Source: Caulobacteraceae bacterium
GTDB lineage: Bacteria > Pseudomonadota > Alphaproteobacteria > Caulobacterales > Caulobacteraceae
Reading direction: 5' to 3'
NCBI GenBank assembly: GCA_036376035.1
Contig: DASVBC010000005.1
Span: forward strand, 26,930 to 90,929
Length of the DNA: 64,000 bases
The notes below the pieces were generated by a model that saw only the letters and a program-made list of their open reading frames with translations, was not told the DNA's origin and did no database searches. The first letter of the stretch is position 1. Every line of letters starts with the position of its first letter. Below, piece after piece: positions 59,815 to 64,000 of this stretch. A program made the position numbers and the translations under genes.

Positions 59815-60536
59815 GCCTTGCGGCCGATGATCACGATGGACAGCCCGAACGGCAGCGAGCCGCGCTTCAGCCACACCGCTTCCGAGGCGAACAACCGCTC
59901 CAGCATCCAGTTCACCGGCTTGGACGGCATCGCATCGTCCGCGCCCTTCAGCCCCAGGGCGTTCTTCGCCAGCCGCACGCCCGCCGCCAGAGGGAACAGC
60001 ACCGAATTGAAATAGCTGGCCCGCTCCACCTTCAGCCCCGCCTGCTCGAACAGCCGCACCATCTGGGCGCGGGTGTAGCGCCGCTTGTGGTGGTGCTGTT
60101 CGTCGTGGTGGCTCCACATCCACTGATAGGCCGGCACCGTCGCCACCAGCACCCCGCCGGGGACCAGCAGATCGGTCAGCGCCCGCACCGCGCCGGCGTC
60201 GTCCTCGACGTGCTCGATCACGTCGAACGAGCAGACCGCATCGAAGCTTTGCGGCGGGTAGGGGACACCGTCGGGCAGCAGCCCGTGATCGACCTGCATG
60301 CCCCAGTGGTCGGAGACGTACTTTCGCGAGGGCTCATCGGGCTCCATCGCCCGCACGGACCCGAACCGGCTGAGCAGCTTGAGGTTACCCCCCGCGCCGC
60401 AGCCCGCCTCCAGGATCCGCGCGTTCGCCGGCAGCCGCAGCTCGCCCAGCACGCGCGCCAGGATCGCCCGCCGACCGGCGAACCACCAGTGGGTCTCTTC
60501 CAGCGCCTGAATGCGCTCGTAGATCACGCGCTCCAT
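59811..60536 (-). CDS. Class I SAM-dependent methyltransferase
   Basis: EETHWWF, ILEAGCGAG, FDVIEH, TVPAY.W.WS.HDEQHHHKRRY. Confidence 0.9.
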   Translation of the reverse strand: MERVIYERIQALEETHWWFAGRRAILARVLGELRLPANARILEAGCGAGGNLKLLSRFGSVRAMEPDEPSRKYVSDHWGMQVDHGLLPDGVPYPPQSFDAVCSFDVIEHVEDDAGAVRALTDLLVPGGVLVATVPAYQWMWSHHDEQHHHKRRYTRAQMVRLFEQAGLKVERASYFNSVLFPLAAGVRLAKNALGLKGADDAMPSKPVNWMLERLFASEAVWLKRGSLPFGLSIVIIGRKA

Positions 60537-60619
60537 GGCGCCCGCTCTACCAGCAAACTCGTCACGAACGCATTAACCGTGAACCCTTTGGTGAGACCTT
60601 CGGCTATAGCCACGCTGTC

Positions 60620-62080
60620 GTGGCCCAGGACCGTCTCAGCCAGCTGATCCCGCCCCTCGCCGTGCCCCTGGCCGCGGCGCTGGTGATGTACGGCGTGGTG
60701 CTGTTCGCGCCGCAGGTCCTCTACGACGCCGACACCTTCTGGCACATCACCGCCGGCCAGCGGATGCTGGACCTGCGCCAGGTGATCCACGCCGACCCCT
60801 TCTCCCACACCATGCCCGGCAAGCCCTGGCAGACGCACGAGTGGCTGGCCGAGATCGTCATGGCGCTGAGCTACCGCGCGGCGGGCTGGAACGGCATCGT
60901 CATCCTCGGGGGCCTGGCGGCCGGCGCTGCGGCGATGCTGACCGGCTGGTGGCTCAGCCGCTTCATGCCGCCGCTGTCGAGCGCCATCACCCTGATCCTC
61001 GGTTTCGCCACCCTGACGCCGAGCCTGCTGGTCCGCCCGCACCTTCTGGCCCTGCCGATCATGGCCGGCTGGGTGATCGCCCTGATGCTGGCCAGAGAGC
61101 GCGGCAAGGCGCCGCCGCTGTGGCTGGCGCTCGTCATGATCGTCTGGGCCAACCTGCACGGCAGCTACGTCTTTGGCCTGGTCCTCATCGGACCCTTCGC
61201 GCTGGAGGCCCTGATCGTCGCGCCGCGCGAGAGGTGGCTGGATGTCATCTGGCGCTGGGGCCTGTTCGGCGTCCTGTGCCTGGCCGCCTGCCTCATCACC
61301 CCCCACGGCCTGGAGGGGCTGATCTTCCCCTTCCAGCTGATGACGATGAAGAGCCTGCCCAACATCGTCGAGTGGCGCCCGCCCGACCTATCCAAGCTCA
61401 GCCCGCTGAAGACCGCCATCTTCGCCACCCTGTTCATCGCGCTGAGCCGGGGCGTGCGCATGCCGGTGCTGCGGCTGATCGTGCTGCTCGGCCTCTTCTA
61501 TATGGCCACCCAGCACATCCGGCACGTGGTCGTGCTGGGCGTCATCGGCCCGCTCCTGCTGGCCCAGCCGCTGGGGCGGGCGCTGGAGCCGGATCACCGC
61601 GCCGACCTTCGCCGCGAGTGGAAGTTCCTGGGCCTTGTGGCCGCGGTCGCCCTGCTCGGCGCCACCGGCTGGCGCTTCATCGACCCGCTGGTGCGCAAAG
61701 ACGGCTACCACGCCCCGATCTCGGCCTACGAGGCGACGCCGGCCGACCTGCGCAAACAGCCGGTGCTCAACAGCTACGGCCTTGGCGGCTACCTGATCTT
61801 CAAGGGAACGCCCGTCTTCATCGACGGCCGCGCCGACATGTACGGCGACGCCTTCATGAAGGACTACATGCAGATCGCGCGCGGCGACCAGAAGGCCTTT
61901 GACGCCGCAGTGAAGAGGTACGGCATCCGCTGGGCCTTCATCGAGACCGGCACGCCAATGGCGAAGTTCATCGCGCGGCAGAAGGACTGGCGGCGTCTGC
62001 ACGGCGACAAGATCGCCCAGGTGTTCGTGCGCGAGCCCTACCCGCGCTCGACCAGCTTGCCGTCCTCGACCACCCGGTAG
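60620..62080 (+). CDS. Uncharacterised multi-pass membrane protein, GT-C-fold glycosyltransferase-like
   Basis: About 11-13 hydrophobic segments. DADTFWH after TM1, HEWL, RPH, WANLHG, IVEW, and a periplasmic C-terminal domain with FIDGRADMY. Confidence 0.6.
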   Translation: MAQDRLSQLIPPLAVPLAAALVMYGVVLFAPQVLYDADTFWHITAGQRMLDLRQVIHADPFSHTMPGKPWQTHEWLAEIVMALSYRAAGWNGIVILGGLAAGAAAMLTGWWLSRFMPPLSSAITLILGFATLTPSLLVRPHLLALPIMAGWVIALMLARERGKAPPLWLALVMIVWANLHGSYVFGLVLIGPFALEALIVAPRERWLDVIWRWGLFGVLCLAACLITPHGLEGLIFPFQLMTMKSLPNIVEWRPPDLSKLSPLKTAIFATLFIALSRGVRMPVLRLIVLLGLFYMATQHIRHVVVLGVIGPLLLAQPLGRALEPDHRADLRREWKFLGLVAAVALLGATGWRFIDPLVRKDGYHAPISAYEATPADLRKQPVLNSYGLGGYLIFKGTPVFIDGRADMYGDAFMKDYMQIARGDQKAFDAAVKRYGIRWAFIETGTPMAKFIARQKDWRRLHGDKIAQVFVREPYPRSTSLPSSTTR

Positions 62081-62430
62081 AAGCACGAGCGAAAGCCCAC
62101 GTGGCACGCTCCGCCGTCGCCCTGCGGCAGCACCTTGAGCAGCACCGCGTCCTGGTCGCAATCGACGCGCACTTCGATGACTTGCTGCACCTGTCCGGAC
62201 GTTTCGCCCTTCTTCCAAAGGGCGTTGCGCGAGCGGCTGAAGTAGTGCGCCTCGCCGGTTTCCAGCGTCAGCGCCAGCGCCTCCGCATTCGTCCACGCCA
62301 GCATCAGCACCTCGCCCGTCTCCGCATGCTGCGCGACGGCCGCGATTAGGCCGTCGGCGTTGAAGCGCGGCGCCAGCGTGGCCCCGCGTTCGAGGTCGTG
62401 CGTCGATGAGGCTGTCGGAAACTCGGCCAT
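62038..62430 (-). CDS. hisI: Phosphoribosyl-AMP cyclohydrolase
   Basis: [34 protein letters not shown] at 62430. Confidence 0.96.
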   Translation of the reverse strand: MAEFPTASSTHDLERGATLAPRFNADGLIAAVAQHAETGEVLMLAWTNAEALALTLETGEAHYFSRSRNALWKKGETSGQVQQVIEVRVDCDQDAVLLKVLPQGDGGACHVGFRSCFYRVVEDGKLVERG

Positions 62431-62444
62431 GGCGCTTCCATACA

Positions 62445-62605
62445 CCCCTCCCCCTCGATGGGGGAGGGGCAGGGGTGGGGGTGTGGCTCCTGAGGTGAAG
62501 GTTGGGCGCAAGTGGGCTCTGAGCCGACAGCGGAAAACCGTCGATCCACTGCGCTCACCCCCATCCCCGACCCCCGACCCTTCCCCCATCGAGGGGGAAG
62601 GGGGA
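62445..62605. repeat. Palindromic intergenic element, family D
   Basis: CCCCTCCCCCTCGATGGGGGAGGGG ... CCCTTCCCCCATCGAGGGGGAAGGG terminal hairpins. Fills most of the folE-hisI spacer. Confidence 0.85.
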
Positions 62606-62607
62606 GA

Positions 62608-63237
62608 TCAGCCCCGGTTCACGAAGTCGAGGAAGCGGCGCTGCAGTTCCTTGTCGGTCTTGAAGACGCCGGTGAACTGGGTGGTGATCGTGCTCACATG
62701 CCGGTGGTGGACGCCGCGCGTGGTCATGCACTGGTGGGCCGCGTCGATCAGCACCGCCACGCCGGCGGGCTTGAGGCTGTCGGTGATGGCGTCGGCGATC
62801 TGCTGGGTCATCGTCTCCTGCGTCTGCAGGCGGCGGGCGAAGATCTCGACGACCTTGGCCAGCTTGGAGATGCCCACCACGCGGTTCGTCGGCATATAGG
62901 CGACGTAGGCCTTGCCCAGGAACGGCGCCATGTGGTGCTCGCAGTGGCTCTCCACCTCGATGTCGCGCAGCATGACGATGTCGTCATAGCCCTGCACGTC
63001 CTCGAAGGTGCGGTTGAGTTCCTTGGACGGGTCGGCCTTGTAGCCGCTGAACCATTCGCCATAGGCGTCGACCACGCGCTTGGGCGTGTCGATCACGCCT
63101 TCGCGGCGCGGATCGTCGCCCGCCCAGGCGATCAGGGTGCGAACGGCCTCCATGGCCTCCTCACGGGTCGGGCGCTTGAAGGGTTCAATGCCGTCGGCGG
63201 CGCCGATCAGGGTGCGGTCGCGGGTCAAGGCGTCCAT
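62608..63237 (-). CDS. folE: GTP cyclohydrolase I
   Basis: DTPKRV, SHCEHHMAPF, GISKLA, RRLQTQE, HQCMTTRGV. Confidence 0.97.
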   Translation of the reverse strand: MDALTRDRTLIGAADGIEPFKRPTREEAMEAVRTLIAWAGDDPRREGVIDTPKRVVDAYGEWFSGYKADPSKELNRTFEDVQGYDDIVMLRDIEVESHCEHHMAPFLGKAYVAYMPTNRVVGISKLAKVVEIFARRLQTQETMTQQIADAITDSLKPAGVAVLIDAAHQCMTTRGVHHRHVSTITTQFTGVFKTDKELQRRFLDFVNRG

Positions 63238-63401
63238 TTCGGATAAGTGTCCCAGGGCTGAGTTGCGCCAGGACGCCAGCCGCCCCGGAAATTACGCGTG
63301 CCACCCTCCACAAGCAGGCGCGCAGCCAATGGCCTCGCCTGTCTCGCAAAGCTATATGGGGCAACCCTACGATCCGACAACCTCTGCCGTAACGGAACGC
63401 G

Positions 63402-64000
63402 ATGCACCTTCGCCTCTATGACACGCTGACCCGCGAGAAGCGGGAGTTCGTTCCCCGCGATGAGCAGCGAGTGACGATGTATGTCTGCGGGCCCACGGTC
63501 TACGGCTACGCCCACATCGGCAACGCTCGCCCGGTGGTGGTCTTCGACGTGCTCTTCCGCCTGCTGCGCCAGGTCTACGGCGAGGCGGCGGTGGTCTATG
63601 CCCGCAACGTCACGGACGTGGACGACAAGATCAACGCCAAGGCCATCGACGAGGGCGTCGACATCGGCGTCATCACCGAGCGCTACCTCGAGGCCTACCA
63701 CCAGGACATGGATGCGCTCGGCGCCCTTCGCCCGACGCTGGAGCCCAGGGCGACCGAGCACATCGCGCAGATGGTCCAGCAGATGGGCAACCTCATACAG
63801 CGCGGCGCCGCCTACGCCGCCGAGGGTCACGTCCTCTTCGACACCCAGGCCTTCGCCGACTACGGCCGCCTGTCCGGACGGCCGCTCGACGAGATGATCG
63901 CGGGCGCTCGCGTGGAAGTCGCCCCCTACAAGCGCCATCCCGCTGACTTCGTCCTCTGGAAGCCGTCCAAACCGGGCGAGCCGGTGTGGGAAAGCCCCTG
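63402..64000 (+). CDS. cysS: Cysteinyl-tRNA synthetase (runs off the window)
   Basis: Read manually from ATG 63402: [50 protein letters not shown]. Confidence 0.97.
   Translation, partial: MHLRLYDTLTREKREFVPRDEQRVTMYVCGPTVYGYAHIGNARPVVVFDVLFRLLRQVYGEAAVVYARNVTDVDDKINAKAIDEGVDIGVITERYLEAYHQDMDALGALRPTLEPRATEHIAQMVQQMGNLIQRGAAYAAEGHVLFDTQAFADYGRLSGRPLDEMIAGARVEVAPYKRHPADFVLWKPSKPGEPVWESP

Noticed and set aside
63238-63401. Riboswitch or T-box in the folE/cysS divergent spacer
   Set aside because: No recognisable aptamer, T-box motif or terminator/antiterminator pair.

Overview
High-GC alphaproteobacterial chromosome segment. Gene content and order suggest Caulobacteraceae, possibly Phenylobacterium (inference). 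Most of it is housekeeping: dapE/dapD/argB, engB-yidC-rnpA-rpmH, a lipid A operon (msbA-lpxJ-like-[CDF]-waaA-lpxK) with a divergent CtpA-like phosphatase, pmbA, ubiD, ubiA, gshA, tldD, the aa3 oxidase cluster coxBA-ctaB-coxF-ctaG-coxC-surf1-thrC, and hisI, folE, cysS. I saw no rRNA, tRNA, CRISPR array, transposase or integrase. Items worth follow-up: (1) a four-gene lipid-carrier glycosylation-like module (GtrB-like GT2, GtrA, SAM methyltransferase, uncharacterised GT-C-like membrane protein) at 58485-62080; (2) a low-GC three-gene islet of exported proteins at 33331-35025; (3) a translationally coupled pair of PLP enzymes resembling the BhcB/BhcC families, without the rest of the beta-hydroxyaspartate cycle; (4) a metal CDF exporter inside the lipid A operon; (5) rnpA apparently needing a non-canonical (CTG) start; (6) about 11 non-autonomous palindromic repeat elements of several families, with compensatory stem changes, some supplying ribosome-binding sites or C-termini to neighbouring genes. 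All product calls come from motif recognition, not database searches.
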